Of a DNA stretch of 64,000 nucleotides, positions 25,301-36,490 are shown one piece after another; position 1 is the first letter of the stretch, and every line of letters begins with the position of its first letter. The translations under genes and the position numbers were made by a program. The stretch is taken from the NCBI GenBank assembly GCA_049999805.1, contig JBNGIO010006249.1, positions 255,589-319,588 of the forward strand. The letters are read 5' to 3'. The DNA comes from Folioceros fuciformis. Its lineage: Eukaryota. The notes beneath the pieces were generated by a model. It saw nothing but the letters and a program-made list of their open reading frames with translations. It ran no database searches and had not been told where the DNA came from.

Positions 25301-25535
25301 CTTGCTATGGTCGCACATTTGGGGTGGCCATGGTGTGCTGCTTCTGCTGCAGCAGCTCCTTGTTTGTGGTGCACATGAAGAAGAAGCCCCGTTACCTGAC
25401 TCTGACACCCGCCTTTGGGCCAGCCGGCGCCAGGCATGCCACACTGTGTTGCAATTCGCTGGCTGCGGAGCCCGGATTTGGATTTGGTGATCCTGCTGGT
25501 GCCTGCAGCTGCAGGGGATTCGAGCTGCGCACAGG

Positions 25536-28500
25536 ATGCCGAGAACGAGCGACCTAGATGACCAGCTTCCAGAGGAGGGAGCGCAGGATCCCATCATCTC
25601 CCGCGTGAATTCTATGACTGGATCGCCGGACCGAGGGGCAGGTTCCGAGACTAAGCGCCTCAGCAGGTCCCGCTCTATTCCGTCGGGCGAGCTACAAGAA
25701 GGCGTCACTGCCGTGTTCCCTGGGCCCTTGCTGCCCACAGTTAGGCGTTTGAACAGCTCGCCCAAGTCCATCGGAGCGCAGAAGGAGCCTGTGAGAGACG
25801 CTCGTGCCGCGCTAGAGGCTGCGGGCACTGTGGGATCGGTGAACGGAGACTCGGCGAGCAGAGACCCGAGCAGGAATCAGGCAGAAGCGGCTGCTGCTCC
25901 TGAGGGGTTCGTGGTTGGAAGCCAGGGAATCAGCCCAATTTCTCCTAGGGAAAAGAGGACAGCCAGGGAGTTCTCTGAGGATCTTCTCCGGGTTAAATTT
26001 GATAAATTCGACAAGGGGAAGGTCGGCAAGGAGGGCGCCACAGCCTCCCTGCTCGCCCGGGATGCAAGTCTGTTGCGAAGGAATGCTTGGAAGCCTCCGT
26101 CTCGGGCGGACAGCGAGGGGAATGAGCACTTGCTGGTACGCCCTGCCAAAGCTCCTAGAACGGAAGCGGAAGCTGCAGGCTTGCAATCTGCACCGAACTC
26201 CCAACCCCAGCAACCTTTGCAAGACAATGGAGTGTCTGCCAGCACTGACACTGGCTCTGGCACTGGCGTTGGCATCAGTTCTTCGGGAACTCATTCTGGG
26301 TTACCAGGACCTTCGCGTGCTCCCTTCAAGGCCTTGAACAAGAAGGAGGATTCCAATAGTCAGGATGCTGTCCCAGTTGGCCTCAGAAGGAGAAGGGTGA
26401 ATGCTGGTGTTGGCTTGTTGGATCTCCCCGAGGAAGCCTTTGAGGGGCGAAGACATCTTGAATCCTATGTCAGTGATGTAGCTAAACGGCAGGCATCAGG
26501 AGGGGGTTCCAGGCCAGCGCCAAGCACCTCTGTCGAAGCCCACCAACAGTTATCGCATCTGCGTTCAGTTCTTCAGTGGCCTTTCAGAGTCTTAGGAGGG
26601 CCACTTGGTTCTCCTGTTCATTTTCTGCTGGTAGGCTTGGGTTTGCTGAGTCACGGCCTTTGTGCGTTGTCTTAAAGTTTGTATTTTTGACCTTGTGAGT
26701 CGTTAAATCTCTCCACCCTCATCTCATTGGTGCACATGTGCAGGTTCTGGCAGCATGTGTGCTGTCAATGATGTATGCTATAGCGATGCACTCAGAGGTC
26801 CAACATTTGAGGGTACTAAGCATTACCTTCTTCCTATTGCTTTTCCTTGTCGCTTCAACAGCTGCTGATTATAACGTTTGTTGTCTTTTCAGGGTGAACT
26901 TCTGCGCCTACAAAGCAGAGCCATTTCTTGCCCACCATGCCTCACCCCAAACCACGGGGATCAGGGCGCGATTGAAATGGATGGAAGCGAACAGGATTCA
27001 GTTGGGGCTCGGCGATTTGCTCTGTTCATGTCTTCACTGGTGCTCTTAGCTCCTTTTGTTTTCTTCAGATACGTTGATGACTTTCCCAGGTGGATGGGAT
27101 CTCCAAATAGGACTCCAGAAGAGGCATTACCTCTCAGTAAGCAGCTGGCTTACCGGGTGGATGTCCTCTTCTCTACTCACTCTTTTGTGAAGCCACTTGC
27201 ACTATTGTTGGCTACTATTTTGCTCATAGGAGTGGGCGGGGTTGCTCTCTTTAGTGTGAGCAGCGAGAGCTTGTGGGACACATTATGGCTGGCATGGACT
27301 TACGTGGCTGATGCGGGAAATCATGCAGACAGTGTTGGATTGGGTCCTAGAGTGGTGTCGGTATGCATAAGTTTTGGGGGCATGCTTATCTTTGCACTGA
27401 TGGTAGGGCTCGTGTCCGATGCTATCTCTGAGAAGGTCGACTCACTAAAGAAAGGGAAGAGTGAAGTTATCGAAAGCAACCATACTTTGATTCTGGGCTG
27501 GAGTGATAAGCTGGTGAGGCATTTCCTTACACAGTTCGTTTATCCTGCTAATTTAGTGCGAGATGATGCATGTTTTAAGCTGGACTGACACTGAAAGCAC
27601 CTGGTGCTGCTTCTCACAACTTTGACTGAAATCCAGGGATCACTTTTGAAGCAGTTAGCCATAGCAAATCAAAGCCTCGGGGGAGGTGTAGTGGTTGTGC
27701 TGGCTGAGCGAGACAAGGAGGAGATGGAGATAGACATTGCGAGGCTGGAGTTTGACTTCATGGGAACCAGTGTTATTTGCCGAAGTGGTAGCCCGCTTAT
27801 AATGGCAGATTTGAAGAAGGTTTGTTCTTGATGTGCCAGGGCTTTCCAAGAAGCGCGTCTTTGTTTCATGATAATGCCCTGGACTAGGAAAGGGTGGCTG
27901 GTGTACATCTGGCAGCATTTTAGCTTATTCATTTGTGCCTCTCGGATTGTTGACCAGGTTGTCCAAAACTAGGTTGGCGACAACCCTACAGTGCTTAATA
28001 TCTTTGTGTCCTTGTTACTAAGCAGGTATCTGTCTCTAAAGCTAGGTCAATAATTGTCCTAGCTGAAGTTGAGAATGCCGACCAGGTATGATGCAGTTTC
28101 TCTTCCCGTTGTTGTGCGTGTCATCCATAGTCTCAAGATGATCAGATGGTCTGGCTACTTTCAAATTACGATTTCCCTGCAGGAACATTGTACTTTCACT
28201 AATATTTTCGTAGCGTCCTGCTCGTTGCAGAGTGACGCTCGTGCTCTGAGGGTGGTCTTGAACTTAACAGGCGTGAAGGAAGGCTTGAGAGGGCACATTG
28301 TTGTGGAGTTGAGTGATCTTGACAATGAACAGCTTGTCAAGCTCGTAGGGGGGGACCTTGTAGAAACTGTAGTTGCCCATGATGTGATCGGCCGACTAAT
28401 GATACAGTGTGCCCGACAACCCGGCCTTGCGCAGGTTTATTGGCTCCATGTTATTTCTGGTAGTCTCAGTTTGTTGAATCTGCTCGCACCTTCCACATGA

Positions 28501-30901
28501 GATGCGGCCAACCCTCAAGTGTTTGTGATCGCAGATCTGGGAGGACATTCTTGGATTTGATAATGCTGAATTCTACATCAAAAGGTGGCCTCAGCTCGAT
28601 GGCATGAAGTTTGAAGATGTGCTGATCAGCTTTCCAGATGCCATACCTTGTGGGGTTAAAGTGTCTGCCAGAGGCGGGCAAATAGTTTTGAATCCAGAAG
28701 ACGACTATGTCCTTTCAGAAGGGGATGAATTACTTGTGGTGGCTGAAGATGATGACACATATTCGCCTGGACCTCTGCCTGAGGTAATTTCTTCAAAATC
28801 CACCTTTGAGTGGATGAGTGGAATTCTTTACACTAGCTTTGTGCATAAAAAACAGCAGTAGTTTTTATCATGCTCTAGCAAGCGGATCCATCAGGGTTGG
28901 TTTGGCTTTCGCTACCAATGCTGTAGCTGAGAAACAGATAGAAACGCACCCTACTTCAGTTGAATGAACTGCACCTCAAATCCAGGAGCTCTTAAGCATG
29001 TGGGTGGTTGCACATGATGGTGGGCAGCATGTGCTTGGTATATGATCGATTCGCTTTAAAAGCGGAATATGAGCAGCACCACTCTTGTGGCAACTCTCCT
29101 TTCAGATCAGCTGAACTGGAGGACACAAGGGAGTAGCTCATAGAGATGGGTTTGGTGCTCCAGGTGATGATGCAAGCCCTTCCACCAGGGGCCGTCANNN
29201 NNNNNNNNNNNNNNNNNNNNNNNNNNNNNNNNNNNNNNNNNNNNNNNNNNNNNNNNNNNNNNNNNNNNNNNNNNNNNNNNNNNNNNNNNNNNNNNNNGGC
29301 GAGATATTGATGATATGATAGTGGTAAGCACTGATATTTCCAGGATCCTCTACCTTGCTGTGCTCATTCCAAACCACCGCTGCTGCAGGTGCGAAGAGGG
29401 CCCTTGCCCCAAATTGTAAGTGCTCCAAAGCTTCCAGAGAGGATTCTCTTTTGCGGTTGGCGTCGGGATATTGATGATATGATAACGGTAAGGCACCTGG
29501 GCCATAGTGCGACTCGCAGCACTTTCGGATATTCAAGTATCAGTCTGGGGATAACGTCAATGGGCTGCTGTTGGCTCCATATTGGAACACTACTTCGAAC
29601 AGCATCCTTACTTACCTCCCGTCCTGGCCTTCTGTCCCCAGTCATGGTTGGGGGTCTCGGATGGAAGTGGTGGATGTAGCTTGGAAGCTCTCGTCACTTG
29701 TCTTCTTACAGTACTGCACTTTCTAATGATTATCCAAACCATGTAAACAGGTTCTGGAGGCATTTTTAGCCAGTGGTTCAGAACTGTGGCTCTTCAGCGA
29801 GGTTCCCTTAGCAGACAGAGAAAGGAAACTCCAAGATGGCGGCCTTAATTCTGACCAGCTGGTCAACACAGTGCTTGTTCATCGCGAGGGGAATGCTGTG
29901 ATACGTCGGCATCTTGAGAGTCTGCCGCTTGAGACCTTTGATTCTGTAAGATGTCCGTGCAGTTAGTCCTGATTTTGTACACAAGTCTTCTCCTTTGCGA
30001 TTGATCATGTGGTATCCCAACCTCTTGAAGTTCTAAATGAACATGTTTGCAGATATTGATTCTTGCGGATGAGGCTCTAGAAGATACAGTTGTGAATGCG
30101 GATTCACGTTCTCTAGCTACTCTTCTTCTCATTCGAGACATTCAGGTGACAGAATCAGCACACTACAGATCCGAATGCAGTCTTGTACTGACAGTCATTC
30201 TGCTTATCTGCATATTGTGGACACTGATGCAATTTACCTTAAGACACCCCTTCTGTGTTTGGTTGTGTTCGACAGTCGAAGCGAATGCCGTATAGGGACA
30301 AAGCCAGCCAGGTGTCTCGTCAAACAGAATCTGGTATCATGCAGAGCTCTTGGATCAATGAAATGCAGCAAGCATCTGACAGCTCAATTATCATAAGTGA
30401 AATCCTGGATTCTCGGACAAAGAACCTTGTTTCTGTGTCAAAGATCAGTGATTATGTGCTTTCTAATGAGCTTGTGAGTATGGCATTAGCAATGGTGTCT
30501 GAGGACAAGCAGATCAATAGGGTTCTAGAAGAACTTTTTGCAGAGGAGGTAAGAGCACGTTGCATTTTGATTTTCTTTCAACTTTGCTGCCTCAAGTGGA
30601 GAAGTTGGCATTTTGACGATGCAACAATTTAGAAGCACGTTGCTACTTCGACGTGGTTAGCTCATGATGTTTCTTTACGCAGGGCAATGAGATGTACATA
30701 CGCGCTGCAGAAATGTATCTCTATGACCAAGAGGAGTTGAGTTTTTTTGAGGTCATGATCCGTGCTCGACAACGGCATGAGATTGTGATCGGATACCGCC
30801 AGGCTTTGGCAGAAAGAGCTGTCATCAATCCTCCCAACAAGGGTATCCCTTTAAAGTGGTCAGTTTGTGATGTCTTCATCGTCCTTTCCGAGGAAGAGTA
30901 A
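25536..30901 (+). CDS. DMI1: CASTOR/POLLUX/DMI1 family nuclear-envelope cation channel (common symbiosis pathway), ~1119 aa; exons 25536-26630, 26744-26812, 26893-27513, 27637-27819, 28026-28085, 28231-28434, 28535-28783, [29164-29323 or 29389-29487], 29751-29945, 30053-30145, 30276-30548, 30683-30901
   Basis: Motifs AYRVDVLFS, WTYVADAGNHAD, VSDAISEKVDSLKKGKSEVIESNH, VICRSGSPL, HDVIGRLMIQCARQPGLAQ, ILFCGWRRDIDDM and SNELVSMALAMV. All introns are GT-AG phase 0 with the frame intact. Confidence 0.96.
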
Positions 30902-31435
30902 TTTGAGACGTCAAGTATGCTTACCGACCACAACTTGCAAAACAGAAACTGAGCGCACAGGTGATCTGCCGATTGTTGTTGCATATCAACCACCATAAAA
31001 TTTTGTAGAACGCCTGGTAGGTTCTCATGTTATCCCCAAAGTTCTTGTCACATGCTTGACATAGAAATCTCAACATTGTTGTACAATAGAATGTGTTACG
31101 GAGCTTCAAGTCAGCTATATCTTGGTCACAACGTATCCCAAAGCGTGACTCTCCAACCTCCTTCGGGAGGAGAGTGGTAAGTGGGTATATTGCACGCTAA
31201 TACACCTCTTAGGCTAGAGATTCACCAAGACGACTGATATACTCATGATGCCTGGCCGCAAAGGCACGCGAAGTCAATCTACACTGAGAACCCTTCCCCA
31301 ACGACAGGTGCGTGAGACTGGAAAGCCCACGTCCCTTATGCACAAGGGAATAAGCATGAAGAGGTTCTTTCTGACAGTATCATACAGCCGGTGTCACAAA
31401 GGGGTGAGATGAGCACGATGGCATCATAACTGGGC

Positions 31436-34196
31436 TTAGTCATAGTCGCCTGAGGGAAGTAAATCCTTTTCAAAGTCCGGGTCCACCAAGATGCCCCTGG
31501 CAGCCCGATTCGGAGAGCTAGCTTTCTCCACGCATCGTACAATGCGGTTAGCCAGTCGCCGCACTGCCCACGTTCGATGCCATGGAGCCATTTGGAGTAC
31601 CTACTCAGAGTGAGGAGAACGAGGTGAGAGGCCATAATGCCGGAACATCTACAGACAGACCTCATTTCACGAAGAGACGCGATGGCTAACCTCATCTGAG
31701 TTGAAACTCTCAACAATGACACCACCTCGACGAGGAACAGCAAGGTCCCTCCAGTCCATTTGGAAGAACCCGAAGTCACTGGCCAGCTCCTGTTGGTGGA
31801 AACACAGGCATTTCTATGCTTTCAGAATGCGGGGCTAGGAAACGGCAGCCTGGAAGAAGATGATTTGCAAATACCTTATTCAGGGGTGCGTTGGCATCCC
31901 CGATCACACCCAATACGTGGCCCCTGCAGTCTGCAAGAGTGCCCTGCAGAATGGAGACAGAATGGGGGATGAGTTCGAGATCATGAGATATGCTATCAGT
32001 GGTCAAACCCATTTCATGCAATTGGACAGACCTGGCCGTGGATCTCCAGCACAGGATGGCCTTTCAGTGTCTGCAATGGTCATCAACGAGGATAGAGATT
32101 AGCAAAACCCAGCCTTCTCAGCAAGGAGTCCCGAGAGTCTCACTGAGCGATAGGCTATGGCAGGTTCAAGTTTACTGAAGACACCTGGCAGGAAACCCAG
32201 TTCAGGTACTCCTCCCAGGCCAAGTAGGGCGCATCTCGGTCAGGCCGTAAAACCTCCCAACCATTCCCACGCAGCTGCTTTTCCACCACATTTGCAACCT
32301 GTGCACAAGAATCCAAGTCGATTCATGTGAAACAGAGTACAGTCTGAGCGAGACAGGAGTTCACAGTGAGCCATGACGTGGAGGGTACCTCCAGATTGAA
32401 ATCCCGTTCCCCGGGGGCGCCAGGCTCAAACCCTGGATCAATCCAATGCCCTGGAAGTACACTAATAATGTCACGCCGCCCGATGTGCTTAGACGCTTTA
32501 AGGTATTTGGTGACAGCATAAGGCTCATCTCTTTTGGCCTGCAACAAATTCCCACATGCAGCAACAAATAAGAGGGCATTCACCGATCGTGCTGTGCTCA
32601 GATTGAAACTGAGTGCAGGGAGCCTGTACTACCCGGGAGCCGATGGTATGTGAAACCTTCATGTAATCCAATTTAACCTTCACAGGGATGCTGCTGATAT
32701 GCCTCGAGATCCCATCCAGCACTACTTGAGAAGGAACTTCCACAAGGGCTCCAGCCACCTGGAATTCACGAGGACTTTGTCATCAATCCCTGAATACAGA
32801 CCAAACTTTTCAGTCAAAACGGCTACTTCGCGTTAGCTTACAGCTTTACAGTCTGCTGTTAAATTGAAGCCTCTTGAATATCGCATCATGATGATGTCAT
32901 CAACAGGTTGCGTCGTAACCTTCACCTACAATAGCAAGGAACAAATGTTGTGAGAAGCGACCATCCCTCAGCAAACAGGGCTTCAAACTTTCCATGGTGA
33001 GCATCATCCCACGTACAGAGTCTGAAGGATGCCAATTCAGCTGCAAACTCCATCTCGACCCAGCGGAACCGGTCTTGCCGGACCCGGCCTGCATGGCCCA
33101 AGAATAGAATCAGCAACGTGTCGAAACATGAAGGCGGCTGCAATGCAGTGAAGGTAGAGTGAAGCATGATCACCACCTTGACAGTAGCTCCGACCACCAG
33201 TTTTAGATTTCCAACTCGGAACGCTTTCTTCACGGTCAACGATGGCACAGGTAGGACATCCAGCATCGGCTGCAGGGCTGCACAGCCGACCACGCTCCCT
33301 TCAGATGAACCAAGTACATGCACTGCGCCTTACACCTGCCAACACCCAGCTAGCCTGAGAGGTGTGCAAGTATAACTCCCCAGGCCCACCCTGTGGCCCA
33401 TCTCCACATACTCACATGCTCCCCATTTCCTCCCACCTCTCTAGGCGCCCACCCAGGACTGCGAGAGTGAAACACCTCTACTATGACCGTCATCAAACAG
33501 TCCAAGAAGAATGCAGACAAGACCAAACGCAACGTAGTGCAGCAGCAGCAGCCACAACAGAACCTGGAGCAGCGATTGACTCACCCAGCTTCCCAAACAC
33601 AGGTGTCAGAACTCTAAGCCGGGCATATGGCAATGCCTGTAGACTACTGCCGTTGTCTCCCGGCTTGCACTCATCATGCTCCGCGGCAGAGAGCCTATTC
33701 TGTGCAGCATCCACCGTCAAGCCCACGTTCAACCCCATAGGAACCCACTGCCACCGCCACCTCCCATTATCACCTGCGTCACTCCATCGTCAGTGGAGCA
33801 GACGAGACGGGGACCAAGCTCACTCTACCCCGCGACATGATGATGACCAACCTAGTCCTAGGCAATTAGGGAGCGCCATGGCCCGCTGAAACTTCAGCCG
33901 CAATCCTTGCCCGGTCGTCAGCTTGGCACCCACCTTGTACCGATATTCCTGGAAACGACCGACTCCAATTCAGCCCAACATAGGCCGCAGCAACAATGCC
34001 AAATCCCCAGTCCCCACCCAAACCCGCTCTTTACTGAAAGACCAAGAAGAAGAACACAGACCCGCCCAGGAAACCTGCGGTAGTATCGTGGAGGCACGTA
34101 TCGAGAGTAGGGCTCGGTGAAGCAAAGACGACCCACGCAGGTCTCGTACTCGGACAGGAAGTCTTCATCATCCTCCACCATCTGCCCCGTCTCCAT
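31436..34196 (-). CDS. Unannotated 14-exon gene (~490 aa): N-terminal amphipathic beta-strand (OEP-like barrel) region fused to an Amidase_3-like N-acetylmuramoyl-L-alanine amidase domain
   Basis: Exons 34196-34062, 33948-33852, 33773-33585, 33480-33416, 33269-33177, 33088-33017, 32925-32842, 32758-32657 (alternative in-frame donor after 32633), 32538-32389, 32298-32185, 32070-32032, 31943-31875, 31789-31691, 31600-31436. The 13 GT-AG introns (78-146 nt) give one stop-free frame. The C-domain reads IISVLPGH...PGAPGERDFNLEVANVVEKQLRGNGWEVLR...VLEIHG...GVIVESFN. Confidence 0.85.
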
Positions 34197-34814
34197 GGCC
34201 ACTCCGGTCCCGCCTTCAGGCTGTGTCCTGCTCTAACCGCGCATTGCTCCTGGGAAAAGTACGTTCCCCATACACCCAGCAATGCAGGCTCGAGCTTATC
34301 AACTGCTGATCTCCCAAATGCTCCACATTGGACCCATCAGCTGATCCCAGCACCAGCTTCCTTTGCCAATTCCTTTCGGTTGCAACGGACCGGGACCAAC
34401 ATCGGACGTGAGAGCCTGATCTCGGGCAACACCCTAATTCGGGCAAGAGCTCGCTACGTAAACGCGCCTCTAGGCAATTCTAAAAAAACAGCTGGACACC
34501 TCGTATGTGTGGTTGTAATGTACCGTGGAGTGTGAGCCGTTGTTGGAATGTGAATCGTTGTAATATAGTAGTAGTAAGGTAGTGAGCAACGTAGTATAAG
34601 TAGACTAAGTAGTAAGCATTGGTCTGATTTGTAAAGTGATCTACTTAATTTTTCAGTTTTGTTCTTCAATCTGCCAAAAATCATAGGACATAAGGTCGTT
34701 TATGGCATTTTTTTTTCCAAAAACATCTAGAGGCTTTATGGCATCCTTTTTCCCCAAAACATATGAGGGCAAATAATACTCTTTTCCTGCTTAACCAGTA
34801 ACCAATAACGACGT

Positions 34815-35205
34815 AGCCTCGAATCTCATCTATTCACTCCACAAGAGTCTAATGAAAATTTAAAATCTCGTCTACTCTCTCCACAAGAGTTTGGTGGCCA
34901 CTTAACTCTCACGGCATAACACTACTCTCGAAGTAGCACTGAACTCCAAAGCTTGTCTATTCACTCAACAAGAGTTCGATGTACAATAATTTTGAATCTC
35001 GTCTACTCGATGTACGATCATTTCGGATCTCGTGGTTTGAATCTCGTTTATTCTCTCCACGAGAGTTTGACGCACACTTAACTCTCATGATTAGAGCACG
35101 AGGCCCCAAGTAGCACTAAACTCTAGATCTAGTCTATTCACTCCACAAGAGTCTAATGCACACTTAACTCTCACTACATAACATTAGGCCTCAAGTAGAA
35201 CTAGG
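34815..35205. repeat. Degenerate local repeats (gaatctcgtctactctctccacaagagt / cacttaactctca motifs)
   Basis: Several imperfect copies of the same motifs; probably TE-derived. Confidence 0.55.
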
Positions 35206-35871
35206 CTCTAAACAACCTTCCGTCCAATGACTACTAATTGACCACCTCCTATGAACATAACCAACTCTATTACGCATAATCAACTTGTTTAATAGAGTTT
35301 ATGATCATCTACTTGCAAACCACTTACTTTAAATGTTGCTCTAAGGGTTTTATTCAAGCTCTTCATATCTCTCTTTTCAAAGAAGGTATAGAGTTCCTCG
35401 TACTTGTATAAAGTTTCTCATATCTTTCCCATCATCATCTCTTCATATGGTAGTCTTTCCCACCTTATAGAGACAAATAAAGTTAAGTTATTGTCGTGAG
35501 AGTGCGTAAATAGCAATCTATCAAAACTTTTGAATTAAGCATTTTATGCCCTAACAAGTAATAGGATGAGTTCTTTACATGTATTTGAGTCCAAGTGCAT
35601 AGTTAACTATTAACTCCTAACCTACAATATGCTTATAGTTATATAGCATGTCTACATCATAAATTATCCTTTAGGCCTATTATCTACTCCTTACTAATCT
35701 ACCTAAACTATTGTTGATTAAATTACAAGCTTAGATCTATACATTCTTAGGTTGCTATGTTGTACTTTTTGGGCCTCACCATCCAATTATTGTAATGCTT
35801 GCTATGATTCCTAATTGGTAGATACTTCATGCCTATCGATAACACTTTGATTCAATGTCACAAATTGTAAA

Positions 35872-36490
35872 GCCTCACTCTTAGGTTAGATGATAAATAT
35901 GGACCTAAACATTCTATAACTCACTCTTAGGTTACATGAGAAACGTGCACCTAAACATTCTATAACCCACTCTTAGGTTACATAAGAAACGTGGACCTAA
36001 ATATTCTACAACTCGCTCTTAGATTACATAAGAAACCTGGACCTAAACATTCTATAACTCGCTCTTGGGTTACATAAGAAATGTGGACCTAGACATTCGA
36101 TAACTCACTCTTAGGTTAGATGATCAACGTGGACCTAAACATTCTATAACTCACTCTTAGGTTAGATGATCAACGTGGACCTAAACATTCTANNNNNNNN
36201 NNNNNNNNNNNNNNNNNNNNNNNNNNNNNNNNNNNNNNNNNNNNNNNNNNNNNNNNNNNNNNNNNNNNNNNNNNNNNNNNNNNNNNNNNNNNGACCTAAA
36301 CATTCTATAACTCACTCTTACGTCACATAAAAAACGTGGACCTAAATATTCTATAACTCACTCTTAAGTTACATAAAAAACGTGGACTTAGACATTTGAT
36401 TACTCACTCTTAGGTTAGATGATAAACATGGACCTAAATATTTTATAACTCACTCTTAGGTTACATAAGAACGTGGACTTAGGCATTCAA
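35872..36490. repeat. 46-bp tandem repeat array (ggacctaaacattctataactcactcttaggttacataagaaacgt) spanning an N-gap
   Basis: About 11 visible contiguous units with scattered substitutions and no unique spacers; gap at 36193-36292. Confidence 0.93.

Noticed and set aside
24340-25440. ORFs upstream of DMI1 (24632-25066, 24964-25437)
   Set aside because: No recognisable domain or consistent splice model; probably promoter/UTR or decayed sequence.
31336-31779. ORF-track 147-aa product (MTSGSSKWT...)
   Set aside because: Wrong frame and reads through an intron; the spliced frame of exons 13-14 of the amidase-like gene explains the region.
31436-34196. Bacterial contamination or very recent HGT as the source of the amidase domain
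   Set aside because: The domain itself is split by five spliceosomal introns of host-typical size and lies contiguous with plant genes.
35872-36490. Regular 46-bp array as a CRISPR-like locus
   Set aside because: Units are contiguous with no unique spacers, no cas genes are present and the context is eukaryotic; it is a minisatellite.
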